A DNA stretch of 64,000 nucleotides from Bugula neritina (taxonomy: Eukaryota > Animalia > Bryozoa): assembly GCA_964035545.1 (NCBI GenBank), contig OZ037771.1, positions 4,599,628 through 4,663,627 of the forward strand. The letters run 5' to 3'. The translations under genes and the position numbers were made by a program. Below the pieces are notes generated by a model. It had not been told where the DNA came from. It did no database searches and worked only from the letters and a program-made list of their open reading frames with translations. Each line of letters starts with the position of its first letter. Position 1 is the first letter of the stretch. This document shows, in pieces, positions 33,701-47,419 of the stretch.

Positions 33701-36700
33701 GTGTGTGTAAATACTTGCTGAAAATACTATGCATTTTATTAAAAGAATTAACCGAGAAAGCATAATCTATGTTAATAGATTCTCAAGATCCCAGTTTTCA
33801 CACATTGTTTTTGCATTTAAAAGGATTACAATAACAACTAAAAATCCAATCAGAAAGAAAATACGGAAACTATGAAAGTTGACAACAACTTACCTACTAC
33901 AATTTCATAGACTGAGAGCACTAGTCCACACCCCCAGAATATCAACACAGCTAGTCCCATAAGGATAATAAAACCTGTAAATATTAGAAGAAGCTAAACT
34001 CTCATATTGGGTATGCATGTGAGTAATACACTGGGATTATTATAATGAAAATAAAAAACAAAATAATTCTATACAAGTTATACAAGTTTTCATATTTATA
34101 CCATTTTTGTATCACAGAGTGGCTTAAAATGTGTTTTATACACACGGATACAAAGTTAGGATTTTATTTGTGTTAAATCCCAGATTCTCAAATGACCTAA
34201 AGTTGCTATTAATTAATTAATGGAATTCTAGAACTGTCCTAGAATGTCTAAAATAAATTGATTACCTAAGATTTAGTAACTAGACCCAACTACTGTGTGA
34301 ATACTAATATCATCTTACTGCAGTGGTCACTATGCTGTCTTAAACATATTTCCTAAATTTAATTATAGTGGCATGCTTACTAGGAAAAACATCATCTAGA
34401 TTTTAGATAGTCACTTGCAACCACCTACTTAAGTTGACTAAACAGTAAAATATGCTATATTAACAGGTGCATAGCAAATGATTCATGTATGTAGGCGTGG
34501 TGAATGTGTGGGAGTTATCATATCATTCATGCACCATTACTCATGCAGGATGGTGTGATTGAGATAAAACACCACATAAGTACTGTGTGTATATCTGTTA
34601 ACAAAAAGGCGGAGCCTTACACTGCTCTCACAATAAACAATTTGCTAAAAAGGTCTGTTTTGTCAAACGTAAGAAATTATATGTAGTCATGTGTGTAGAA
34701 ATAACTTCACTAAAGTATTGCCTATGAAAATGCAAATACTATAGCCTACATTTAACAATATCGGACAACTCCATACAAAACATTACAAGCCAATTATATT
34801 TTTACACAGAGACATATAAAGTGCATTGGAAACTATAAATGTTTTAAATATTAATTCCGCAAGTTCTCGAATAATTAAGTTTATCAAAATTCTCCAGTTT
34901 TAATTTAAACTTCTTTTGTTAACTTATTGAAACTGACTTAAATTTAACAACCTATTATTTAAAATAATTATATACGTTTGAGTATTATAATATAAAAAAA
35001 TATAATACTGCAACAAAAATGTTTTTAAATCATCATGCAATAATATAGTATTATAATATAATTTAATGATATATTATATATCGTTATTATATTGATTATA
35101 CTTACATACTGCTCCAGCTCCACCTGAAATAAAAAACAGATAAATTATTTTTAATAAACTAGAATGTATTTAAATAATGCAAACAAAAATATTAGGTTCG
35201 TGAAATGACTCATGAGAAGATAGCATGAAGAGAGATAGGACGTGGGGTATGTGTTGGAGCTGCACAAATTTCTCAGTTGAGACTATAGATAACTTTTCAA
35301 GATTATTTTAGCAGAAACAAATAAACTTGGTTTATGAAATAACAACGGAGTATTTCTTACAGAGTAAAAAGTATGTTTTTAGAGAATTCTAACTTAAAGT
35401 CTTTCTTATTGAATCAATAAAAACAATCAGAAGCAGAACCCTATCTGGCTTTTTAATATAATTGGTTAGATTGTTTTTACTAGCTGCATTACATTGAGTA
35501 AACTGTATAAACTGAACGGCTTGGGGCATGTTGAGATAAGCTATCAAGTTCTGCACACCAGAAACTTGATTTTTATAACCTACTTGGCGTCAAGTTACGC
35601 TGTGTATATACACGGTTTAGCAATTACAGCAACCCTATTTTATAGACTGTAAAATAGGCAATAATTAAGTTATAATTTAATGCTGGGTTCCAGTAATGAA
35701 CAGAGTTTACTATACGTTAGTAGCAAATGAGTGTCTCTAACATCAGGTTCTATTATGATTGAGACTACAGCATTGTTATTTATTTTTAAAGACTAACCAT
35801 ATGATACGTTGCCTAGTGGTGAAGAGTTATCTCTCCATAAAAAGCCGATCTAATAGCTTCTTACAATTATTAACTAAAAGTTTTTCTGATCAATTCAACA
35901 ACAAAACATTTTAAGTTTCTACAAGATTGATGATAGCTTATTACTAGCTTTTGTTAGTAAAAGTTTATAGCAGCAGAGGAAAAATAACTCCAGAGGTTAG
36001 GCTGTATTACAACATTAATACAGGGCTAAACCATTAGGACAAAATCAAATAGTGTGTGGTGTATATTACAGCGCCAACACATTAATCCATAGCTAACAGT
36101 TAAAAAAGTTGAAGAGTTATAACTGCCTCAGCAATCTCTCTGCAATAATAATGACAAACCAATGAGCTGGAAAAAACAATAAATTCTTTTAGAAATAAGA
36201 AGCTACACCCTCTAACCGATTAACATATTTCCTAACTTATTAATTACACATACACAGTAACATTTACATAATTATGATTCTATTATTGACATATTATCTC
36301 TCCAGCATACCTGGAATCTATCAAATAATACACTAATTGCGAAGTTTACTATCCTAGTCTGCGTATATGCTAGTGTTTATAGTAGCTCTAGATAATGAGA
36401 GGCATTACTATACTACAGTCCAGGCAATCAAAATGTTTGAGGAGTCAAAAGTCTGTGCATGATTGCAGCAGAATAATATTGCAGCATACTATATTGAGAG
36501 CTAAACTTGACCGAGCTGCTCTAACATAGCTTTACTCTCAAACTTTCTAAATCTGATTTGTTCTAAACTAGAAACATTCACAACATCATGTAATCGAAAC
36601 AGTTGAAATATTTTTTCCTGCAAATGTGCCTAAACTTTTACAGGACTTGTTGGTTTAGCGTCTCAGCAGATTTAACTGAAGCTACAAAAGTCCCACATCA

Positions 36701-38448
36701 GCTATAGTACTGGGCGGAGGTTGCACTAAGCTACAAACCTCATGTTGAGGGGGTGTAATGACCAGCCCTCTCACTGCACACCCTCTATCTTAATCACGAT
36801 ATTAGTCTACAGTTCATTACACTAAGTGTGCTAAAATTGGTCACTGCATTCTTTCACTTGGCAGCTTGCTTTTTGAATAAACTACTAAAACGAGTTTATA
36901 CCTGCTAACTAAATCCTTATAGTTTATACTATAAAAAGTTCCCAAAGGAATGCAATATTTTAATCAAATGCGTTTGAATAAATCTTGTTACCACGGATAC
37001 AGTAGCCGCGAGCAAATATTCTCCTCAGCCATGGCTGAATAAATTGGATAATAAACAAACAGAGTAGAACAATCATCAAGCTAGAGTGGTTACAGCAGTT
37101 GTTGCACGTGTCAAAAGCTGACAGCTGCTGCTTAAATACAATAATCACCAATTTATGCAGTTATTCTTTCAGTCAAAATCTATTCAACACTTTTTAGTGC
37201 TTCACAGTGTATTTGCAGTGTAAATTTAGCTCTATGTTATGTGAAAAAGATAATAAAAAATATTTTTGATGCAGCAAGAAGATGAAATATAAAAAATCAA
37301 CTAAAGTTATGGAATAAGTATCGATGTATCTCTATTTTCTAAGGACATACATTGAATGTGAACCGACACAACGCATGAGCTGTAAACTGAATCAAATAGA
37401 TGGTATACTTGCATTACACCATGCAGGCTAGGGTAGTCACAATTACAAAACTCGAGACACAATGATTAAAGGACCAGCATAAGTTATATGAGTCAGCTGT
37501 TAAAATGAAACAGAATCTTACTAGCCCTGTGCTATATGGTTATCAACTTCACACACATTTGCTGTGAAATATTGCACAATTAATGCAATAATTTAGTTTT
37601 AGGTGTGAAGTTACCATTAAAAAATAATTGCCCCACTGGAAATTGAACCCGAGACCTCTGGCTTGCAAGCAAGGGTGTTAACCATTACACTATATACAGG
37701 GACTACTGGATAAACTCATCACTACAACCATGATCTAAAAGACTTTTTAACCTATACATGTTTGTGATGTTGTTGTGCTAAATGCTAGGTTACACAGTTT
37801 CGCCTGAACATTTTGAAAACTTTTGGTTCAAGAATGTCTAACAAATAGCTAAATTAAATAAATAAGAAACTTTAGGCAGCATTCTAATTTTGACAAGTGC
37901 ATGTTTTATAAAAAGCATTCCTGAGTCCTCTGAAATCTAAATGAATAAATGAAAGGTGTAAAAATAAAAGGTGAAGTAGGTTTTTAAAATATAATGTATA
38001 TAAAAGTTTTGTTATTTTCAATTTGATTGAAAAACTATAATTGTAATAAAAAACACAGACCTGAAGCTTGATTTTCCGAAATTTTTGCTGAGCTATACAC
38101 AAATTTTTCAGAGCTTTGAACCATGATTATGCTAAAAATCTTTCACGCAGCGAATGTGATGAAGCATTCAGTATACAATCCTCATAGCAAATGGAAGAAC
38201 TGGTGGATGACAGTTTAGAAAGGAAAGTAAACCACAGTTTTTTGAGCAAATGAAATGAAACTGCAGCGAGAAAAAGTTAAGCATGAATAGTCAATCTCTA
38301 TATCAACTCTAGGTAAAGCTCCGCATGAATTAGTACACCAAGGCAGGCGCACATTAAATCACTTGCGTTACTACAGAATGTCAAAAATTCCAGAACATAA
38401 AATAGTATGATTGATGGCCTGGAAAATACTGATGCTATACTCACCCAT
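28668..38448 (-). CDS. Four-TM protein, TMEM272-like; ~202 aa, 7 coding exons
   Basis: Exons 38448-38445 (ATG G), 35123-35106, 33974-33894, 32001-31904, 31631-31500, 30904-30805, 28843-28668; all GT-AG and in phase (609 nt). MGGAGAVCFIILMGLAVLIFWGCGLVLSVYEIVVG..C..LIPLYLVINGIVW..AWLVAGSIFVF..C..WAWVAFIVLISLLL; the C..IPxYL.xG and WxxAGxxxV patterns recall TMEM272-type proteins. Confidence 0.78.
29890..30090 (-). mobile_element. tRNA-derived SINE copy 2
   Basis: Minus strand: A-box-like TGGTTAAGGGG, B box GGTTCAAAC, then GGTAATGTTAGGAAGAGAATCCAGCC; homologous to 20735-20940. Confidence 0.72.
33497..33708. repeat. (GTGTGTGAT)n / (GTGTGTGGT)n / (TG)n compound repeat
   Basis: Direct reading; source of the CVM/HIT ORFs. 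Confidence 0.96.
37630..37700 (-). pseudogene. tRNA-like sequence (pseudo-tRNA or SINE head)
   Basis: Minus strand TAGTGTAATGGTTAACAC (A box/D arm) ... GGGTTCAATTTCC (B box/T arm); acceptor and anticodon stems do not pair properly. Confidence 0.55.
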
Positions 38449-41400
38449 TTTCAATGCAGTAAACAGTCAAACAGATTAGTTTAGCTTTTACAACCCTTTC
38501 TCTCTTATCAGTTCTTTCTACAAAATGCAGGCACACCGATGCTCTATAACGCACAGATCTGCTACTGCTAGTTTCTAACTATAACTGTTAGCTTCGTAAA
38601 GACGCTGGGTTCACGTTTGACCCCATGACCTTTCGTCATCAGGTATAATTATTGTGACCTAGATATAGGTGCAGCGCTATGAATACCCTTATAACAATAA
38701 CATACCAAACATTCTAATGCAAACCGTTTTTTGCCCGCAGTGAAACATAATATATACTAGTAACTGTAGGCTTAGCATGGTAATGGATTATTAAAAGTCA
38801 GTCCCTTACACAAGCTACCCAATAATGTGAAATGGAGAATGCAGAAGGACATAAAATATTGTACAAAGAATTTTATGGGACAGTTTTATATTCTTCAAAT
38901 CACCTACAGCAGTGTAATTCTACCAACGTGTAATGTTTTCACAGCTTGTATATTTGTGTTATGAAATCCTTTAAAAGAAGGGCTACATTATAGGCAATGA
39001 ATGTAATAATTTATAGCTTCATTTTATGCAGTTGATTGCTACCAAGGGAAGCCCCATAAAAGGCTCCTATTAGAGGGTAAGAAAAAAGCTGTAATTTTAG
39101 CTAATACAGCACGGAAGATGCATATAGCTTATATTAACATATCTATTATATTAACATACCTGTAAGTTACATGGGGCATTTGCATGAATCATTAAAGTTC
39201 CTTCACCCCATCAGAAACAGAACTATGTACATATAGGTATAGGTGAGGGTATTTTAGGAGATGCAGACACAGCTTAGATATAGCTAAAAATTCAATTCTA
39301 AGAAAACTATATAGCTACAATTTCAAATCTGTATAAAAGTAATATAAGAAACTAGAAAACCAAGTTTACGTGTAGTATGTAGAGATGAAGTTGAGTTAAG
39401 GGTGCAGGTATAGGTGCATTACAGTAAATGATGCAGGTAGAACATTACAGTTAAAAGTGTAGGTTATATAAGGGCATTATCAATAAAAACTTTTTAATTT
39501 TTGTTTCAACTTCCTATAGCTGTACATGTAACACACATTTATTCCACATACTAGTTGTGACTCCAATACTAGTCATCTTATTATAGTGAGTCTCAGTAGC
39601 CTAAAGACTAGAGAGAGACGAACTCCTTGGCTTAATTTTCAACATATTTTCAGTTAGAGGCATGGGCCTGTGCTTTCTAAAAACATAATTATTTAGTTGG
39701 AAATATTAATTCCTTTTTCTCTTAATTAAAAGTTGGTCATCCTTTAGTTGCGCAGACTGTGGAGCTTACGATGTGAATTGGCAGGGGAAACAACTTCAAA
39801 ATTTAATCTTTTTTTGTTATAGTTAGCTGCAGGTAAAGAAAAAATACATATAATTGAAACAGAAACATTTTGTTGCCAAGACTCCATGGTGCAATAGCAC
39901 TGCAGCTATTTAACTTCAATCCACATATATCGTAAACCTGGTGAGTTATATTATAAATCATGGTGAGTTGATCAATTACTATGGGACAATGAGTAGAGTT
40001 CCACTCCAACAGCGACGAAAAGAATACGTCACTGCACATGATGATGCTCTGCTTTATACAACTTGTATTAATTTCAAACAAATCATAATAAATATTTTTG
40101 ATTTCCTCCAAGAATGTTGCTAACATAATACAACAGTTTGGTATTATTTCAGCTGCCTCAGCTGCTTAATTAAGGAGATTAGCACCTACACAATTACTGC
40201 TAGCAATTATTTTACAAATATTTGGCATCTATTCTGATAAGCAGTATACAGCTACTTGCTCTGTAAGAATTTACATTCATTAGGTAATTGGTGTAACTAC
40301 ACTCGTAAGATAAGTGAACGAAAGTATTTCGAGAATGTTAGTCATTAGTTTGTTAGGTTGAAAATGTTGGGAGGTTTTTACACACACCCGTAAGACATGT
40401 GTGCGAGTGTGGAAATTAGCCTAATTCTGTAACTACTGTTTTTATCGCTAACCATGCCCTACTTGCAGGACAAGTGTTGATAGAGCGTATTATATCATAT
40501 AGCAATTAATTTCCCAATTATTACTGTAGTTGTCCACTCTATGAAAAACTTACAAGTTCTAATTGTGTGTTTTAAATCACTTAGAGCAAGTAAGAAATTA
40601 AAATGCTTGATAAAAAGATATACATATTGTATATAATGTAGTGCGACTCTTATATATATTATAAACTTTTAATTTTAATTGAAGAATTAGATATGATAGA
40701 AGTTAATCTATGTATATGAACTTTGAGCAAGTCATGTGATAGGCTGCCATATATGAAGTATGCATGCAAACCTAATATAACTTATTGCGATCAAAGTACT
40801 TTATACTCAAACAAGTTAGCTTTAGCTTTATTCTTCTGCATTTGCTAAACTGTGCATTAAATTTTACCATGAAGTTGTTTAAAGAAATAGAAGCTATGCT
40901 ATAATATGACTTCTTATACCAAACTTCAACATAGATTCAGTAGCCAATGCTAAAAAGTGTATGATGAAATATTCATTGTTGAATGAATCATTGACTCTTG
41001 TCACATGAATGCCTTCATCATTCTCTAACTAAGTAGGTGTGACAGAAACATTCACTGTGCTATATATGTATATATACTGAGCATATGGCCTGCCAGGCTA
41101 AACTATATGCTGGTATCTAACAGTTTCTATCTAATTGAGTTACTGAGTGTATATGATATTGTATAACACAGCTCTCAGAAAACAGCATGCCATTACGGTT
41201 ATAAGAATGAATGATGTAAGAAAATCAACTGTCATGTTGGTTGTACAGAGGCAGTAATAACTTCTTTACCATGTCACTACTATTCATCAAAGAGAGCTTA
41301 TATGCACGTGGCTATGCCTACAAACCAGAGGTTAAACACACTTAAGGTCCTTATACATTATATGCCTAATATGACTTCAACCAGTTATTCAATATTAGGT

Positions 41401-42787
41401 GAGATAGCTCTCCATTCAAAGTAAAACTGCAAAAAGCAGGTTAAAATGGAGTTGTCATTTCTCACATTTGAGTCACAACTTTTTTGCCAATTTATAGCTT
41501 GAACTCAATAATTTTTGTTTTTATATAAACTTTCTCCGAAGCTTAAATATACATGCACACATTTTAATATGCTTTGGCAGAAACATAGGACTTTTCTATT
41601 GGGAAGATGTGAACCATAATATGTGCTGGTGAGAGGACAAATCTTAAAACAGCTGCTGTACATACACATATTTATTCATATATATATTACGTATATAAAT
41701 ACTTATATACACACACACAAATCAATTTACCACATAATTTGAAAATCAACTGCATGGAAATCTTTTTGTGTATGTTAGATGCACATCATACTGTATCTCG
41801 ATATAAGGTTATAGGTCTGATTGATTTCTAAATTCTTCGCAAAATATACTTGAATAAAAAAGAAAAATATTGAGGTATTACTTGGATAATAACATATTAT
41901 GCTTTCATTTCAACAAGAGCTGTCTATAAAACAATTTAGGGTACCTAAAAACAACTATACTTTGTAATAAAAAATGTAAATATTACACAAAAGAATTTTT
42001 TTAATTTGTCTTTAAATAATTAATTAGATAGGTATTTAATATTAAAGAGGCAGGGTAGTGGCATGTGATTAAAGTCATAAATATTGCACATGTTGAAAGT
42101 TCACTGAACCACTTTAACAAGAGTAAAAACTTGTAAAGTTTTCCTATTTTTAATTCACAACTTAATAGTATATAAATAATTTTATTGAAATCAAATAAAA
42201 TTTAACCGAATTTCAATAAATATATAAAAGCTCCATATATTATTTAATAAAACAAATTTAGGAATACATGTGAAGACTATTTTATAACATGAGTATCTTA
42301 TGGATTGCATTGTAAAAAGTATTTGTTTTGAAATTAATAATCAATGACATTATTCTCATGTTATAGTACACTTTTATTATCAAAATATATATAACATATT
42401 TTTTGTTAATTTGGCTTGTGCATAAATAGTGATAACAATTTCAATCAACTTGAAGTCATAGCAATAATTTAAATACTACTTTTACTAAATTTTTATTTTG
42501 CACATATAATAAATAATAATATATATAACAATTTTTAGTACAACAAATGCAACATCAACATTACCATATAAGGTAAGGTATTTTTAATAATCAACAATGG
42601 CCAGTGATGCTAATTCCAACAATCAAAACTTGTTTGATTGTTGAAATCAGCTCAAACTTTGTTCAAAGTGAATTCTGCTTGCTACGTTTTCTCCTACTAA
42701 TTCCTGATATTTATTAAAGCTATTGTATAATTTGACTTTACAGCTGTTTAGCTGTTTTCTTACTCATTGTGGGATTTTATCTTCAGA

Positions 42788-44799
42788 ATGCAGGTGAGCC
42801 ATCTTTTTATATTTGATAATGGTGATATTATATGCTATTCTTTAGCAAATAAATCACAACTGAAATCATTTTAACATTTCACTCTTCAAAACTACGACTA
42901 TTAGTACTTGCAATGGTAATTTAGCTTAGTATAAAAAACAATACTTCCATATATATTTCTCATAAGCTGTTTATCTGAAACTGTAGTGTAAGAATTAAAC
43001 TGCAACAAATTCTCTTAGTATGTATATCTTCCATATAATTTTGAATTACTATTATTCAAGTAAAACTTATACTTATATAATATACAAAATTAAATTTTGT
43101 AGGTTGGGATTGGACCAATTCTGACCTCTGTACTTATGCTGGGCCTATCAGCCTACCGTATCACTGATACTCAGTAAGTTTAGTATAATTATTAAACATG
43201 TAATTATCTTCTCTAAACTGAGCATAAGCTGCACAAACTCCACTTCTTTATGGTTCTAGAAATGCATAGACTGCAATATTTGAATGTAAATTATTTAAAC
43301 ATAATATTTGAACATAACCATATGATATAATACTTTAACCTTTGTGTAGATCTCAACAAGAACCTCTCCCTCCAAAACGTATGAAGACTTGGTACCCAGG
43401 AATAGATGATGAGGAAGAGATGAGTGACCCTGAATGTATTGACTCGATGTCTGTGTCACCTTATGTGTCTGATATTGAGAGAGAGAATAGAGTCAGTGGA
43501 GAGGATAACAGAGATAGTGACTCATCATCTGCTACTCTGTTGGTCACTGAAACTCCATCTCCTTCCACCTCAGCAAAAGTGACTCACCGTAAGAAGAAAT
43601 ATAAAAAGTATGTTTAAAATATCACAACAAACAGTCTGCATGATTGTCTGTGTTAGCTATTCTTATAATGACACAGGTTTTAAAAACATATATTTTATAA
43701 CCATTTAAACTAGTTTTAGCAAATTTGCTTTGAATGTAAATCCTTAAGTTTTAAGTTTTATAACTCTGTGCAGAAAAGAGAGGACTTTTAACATTTACTA
43801 ATCTGCTCAATACAAATTTTGTCACTGCATGTCAGTAATTGGCTTTAAGTTCTTAACAATTTAAAAAATAATCCTATATGTAGTTATAATATTTTGTTTG
43901 TTCATCTTTGAACAGAATAAGACAATGCAAACCAGTATTTCCAAGACGCATGAAGACTTGGTACCCAGAAATGATTGGACAGGATGTTGAAGAGATAAGT
44001 GACCCTGAATGTATTGACTCGATGTCTGTGTCACCTTATGTGTCTGATATCGAGAGAGAGAATAGAGTCAGTGGAGAGGATAGTGGAGATAGTGACTCAT
44101 CCTCAGCTGAAACTACAACTCCCTCTACACCAGCAGTGGTGATTCGTCATAGGAGGAGATATAAAAAGTATGTCAAACATACATTTAGCTTTTGTTAGAG
44201 CTTCCAAAGCTTTGAATAATAAACATCATTCTCGAGTTTATCACAAACTAATTTAATGAAAATAATATAACTGTAGAATTTGATACAATACTGTAAGCTT
44301 GTGTTACTAAGCAGCACTTATACATGTTATATAATCCCAATTTCCAACTTTTCACTTCAAACTAAACGTTCAACTTTTTGAAAGACAACTCCATTTTTCC
44401 TTACATGTAGTTTCCCATTTCTCATAAATAATACTAACAATTAGGCGTTATTTATAACTCCATGTCATTAGATCACCTCTAAGACTATATTTTGTGTTTT
44501 ATTGTGTTATTAGGAGATCTCAGTGCAAGTATCCAAGACGCATGAGGACTTGGTACCCAGAGATGATTGGAGGAGAACTTGAAGAGAGCAGTGACTGTGA
44601 ATCTGTGGGCTCAGCTATGCCAGTCTCTCCTTTCGTGTCAGACATGGAAGTCTCGGATGATGAAGAATGTGGTTGCATAAAATCAAGACCCACCAGGTTT
44701 TTCAGACGCACCTTATACAGGTTATTTGGTGTAGCAAAGCCCATCATCTGGTGGTCTTGCAGATTGATGCGGTTCATGTACTACTGGCAGCTTTTCTGA
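42788..44799 (+). CDS. Uncharacterised protein with three exon-encoded repeats (PxRMxTWYP...SDxE...VSPxVSD); ~290 aa, 5 coding exons
   Basis: Exons 42788-42793 (MQ), 43103-43173, 43350-43607, 43916-44167, 44514-44799; all GT-AG and in phase (873 nt). Hydrophobic N-terminus MQVGIGPILTSVLMLGLSAY, three homologous modules, basic/aromatic C-terminal tail. Confidence 0.78.
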
Positions 44800-47419
44800 A
44801 ACGTATCTGAACTTTGAGTGATCAGTTTGCTAGAAGCTGAGCTCAGAATCTCCATTAATTGCTCATGACGATAATGTATTCCAAAGTTATATGTAGTACC
44901 AGTTATATAGCAGATTTTACGTTTTATTGTTTTATGATTTGTTGAAAAGCTAATATTAAAGCAGCCATGACAATTGCAAACTGAAACTGCTAGGCAAGCT
45001 AGTCAATGATACTATTGGTGGCTTCTACATGAAGTTATATCTGAGCCCCGGTTCGCTGCTTCCATAATGTATAAATTAATGTCTACATATGTTATTTTTA
45101 GCATTTTGCCGTAATGCTAAGTTTTATCTGCACCTTTTCATATTGCACTGTTTAAATTGTATTTATTTGAAATAAGTCTACAAACCTTAGAAATATACTC
45201 TGCTCATCACTGTTGTGCTATGCTACTTCATAATATACATCACGCACCTTTTATTTTATGTTTATTAAATAATAATTGGTACATAATGTATCTTGATATT
45301 TATTTATTTAATAAATGTTGAAAACATGTCATAATTGAGATAATTGCTGGTTACTTATCAAACCTCAGCACAATAACGGAATAGTAAATAATCGGCTGCA
45401 TATAGAACTTTACTTATGATTATTATTTTGTGTTAAAACTGATGACTAACTATCTTAACCAAGCACATAGTCATACAATTTAGAATAAAAAATCTGGAAT
45501 GATGCTTATACAAGAGTTTTATAGAAAGGAAAAAAGTTCATGCATGCTCTGTGACACTTATAAAAGTTATTAAATGCATACATCCATACATTAAAGGAGA
45601 TTCATTGAGATGATAACTCCTAATACCTCCAGCCAAGCAATATTGTAATTTTCTAAAAATAGAGTCACAATATTTCTTGAGATAATAGAAACCAGCATTA
45701 TGTCTAGCTAGCATGCACAACTATGACATGTCTGTTCTAATTGTTCACTTCAAATAAACGTATGTTAATACCATCAGAAAATGTTTTTTACGGAGTTGTC
45801 TTCTTAGCTTATATTTCTCCTTTATAGGAGTTGTGGCCACATGTCTAACCATAGCACACCAATATACACCACAATTTTAGTTATGGCTAAGATGATAATA
45901 AATATCTTGTTATAGTTTGCATTGAATAATAAAGCCGTAAACATTTGATTTTTTTAAAGCCCGCGAGTATATTTTACATGAACTCTTTTGATTGTTCTAG
46001 TTTTTGACTTTATGCCTTCGACGAGCCCTGAGCTGTCTGAACATTTGTCACGTGACTAGACTGCCGTTAGGTTACTGTAGTTATGTCATTATACTTGTAA
46101 CAAAATCTATTGCTGACTTTTTCTGGTGGCTATTGGCATGGCTACCAGTAGAATCAACTGAAACTCTTATCATGGGCTACAGATTTCTGAATAACTAGAA
46201 CATTTAGTCCAACTGCAACTGGTATTTTGCATGGCACTGAAAATAGCAAATTTATAAAAAGAACATTAAACACTCGAAATTTCTTTAGATAAAGAAACCT
46301 TGCTTGTATTTTGCTGCAAAAGATGAATTACCCACACTGTCAAGTTGAATAAACTAGTTTTAAGCATAAAGGAGTTACAGTAGGCTGTACTAAACACTTA
46401 CATTTGCAGCGTTGTGTAGCAGTTCTCTGTAACTAAATTAGGGAGCTTATAATATAAAACTGTCTTGCTAGAAAGTCTAGGCAAAGGTAGTCCACTACTT
46501 AATTGGGACTTAGCAACATTTACACTGTTTTCACTTGTTTTGCTTGAACATTAGTTCTAATTTGCTTGACTTTAAGCAAAACTCCATCTCCTTAGCTTCA
46601 CCTAATGAGTGAAAATAAAAATAGCTGGTTCATTCAAAATTTCTGTTTGATTTTAGTTTTATTCATTGCATTTTTCCTTTTGTTCAGTTAAGTTTATTCA
46701 TGCATAGCATATTGATTTCCACAGCTTATGTATACTCAGAATGCTGGATCTCTGCTCACATATGTATAATTCTTTTTTTAAAAACTATTTTTTCTTTAAC
46801 AAATCTTTATCATTTTAATAAAAACCAAAAACAGAGCTGGACGCAGTTAACAAATTCATAGGAAAGTTTGGTTTTTATGCTGGTATCTTCCGAGTAGATA
46901 ATAAAAGAATTTATGTTGCTTTTAATGAAGCCCAGCAATTGTTTGTCCGTATATAATGAATGCATGATTAGTCAATGCTCCATTTTTAGCCAGTACATGC
47001 ACTACTATAAACACCTTTGATCTAAATATAACCAATACAATGCACTAGGTATAGTGAGCCCACAATTGCAATAACATGAGGTAATAAGGGTTAGCTCAAA
47101 TGACCAGGGGCTAGCTTTAATTCTATTTCAAATTTGTAAATATAACAATAGCTGATACTATAATATGTGACTATTTTACACACCAATCCTCTACTTTAAC
47201 ATTATTAATTGTTTGTTATGGAAAAAAACCGTTCATAGCCGTTGTGGGTAAACAAAAGATGAATTTATAAATTTAAAGGCAAACGCAGCTCAGAAACCTA
47301 ACTTTCTAACATATAATGTATTAACCAAATGTCACAAAGAACTAAATGTTGCAGTGTTGTAGGTGTGTCCATCTTGTCATTGGCTATACTGACCATGTGA
47401 TATCACCATTTGGGCCAAG

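Noticed and set aside
37630-37700. Functional tRNA gene
   Set aside because: A and B boxes present but acceptor and anticodon stems do not pair; treated as pseudo-tRNA/SINE head.
39803-40126. 107-aa and 60-aa ORFs in the intergenic region between divergent genes
   Set aside because: No recognisable motif, non-ATG starts and no phase-consistent exon chain found.
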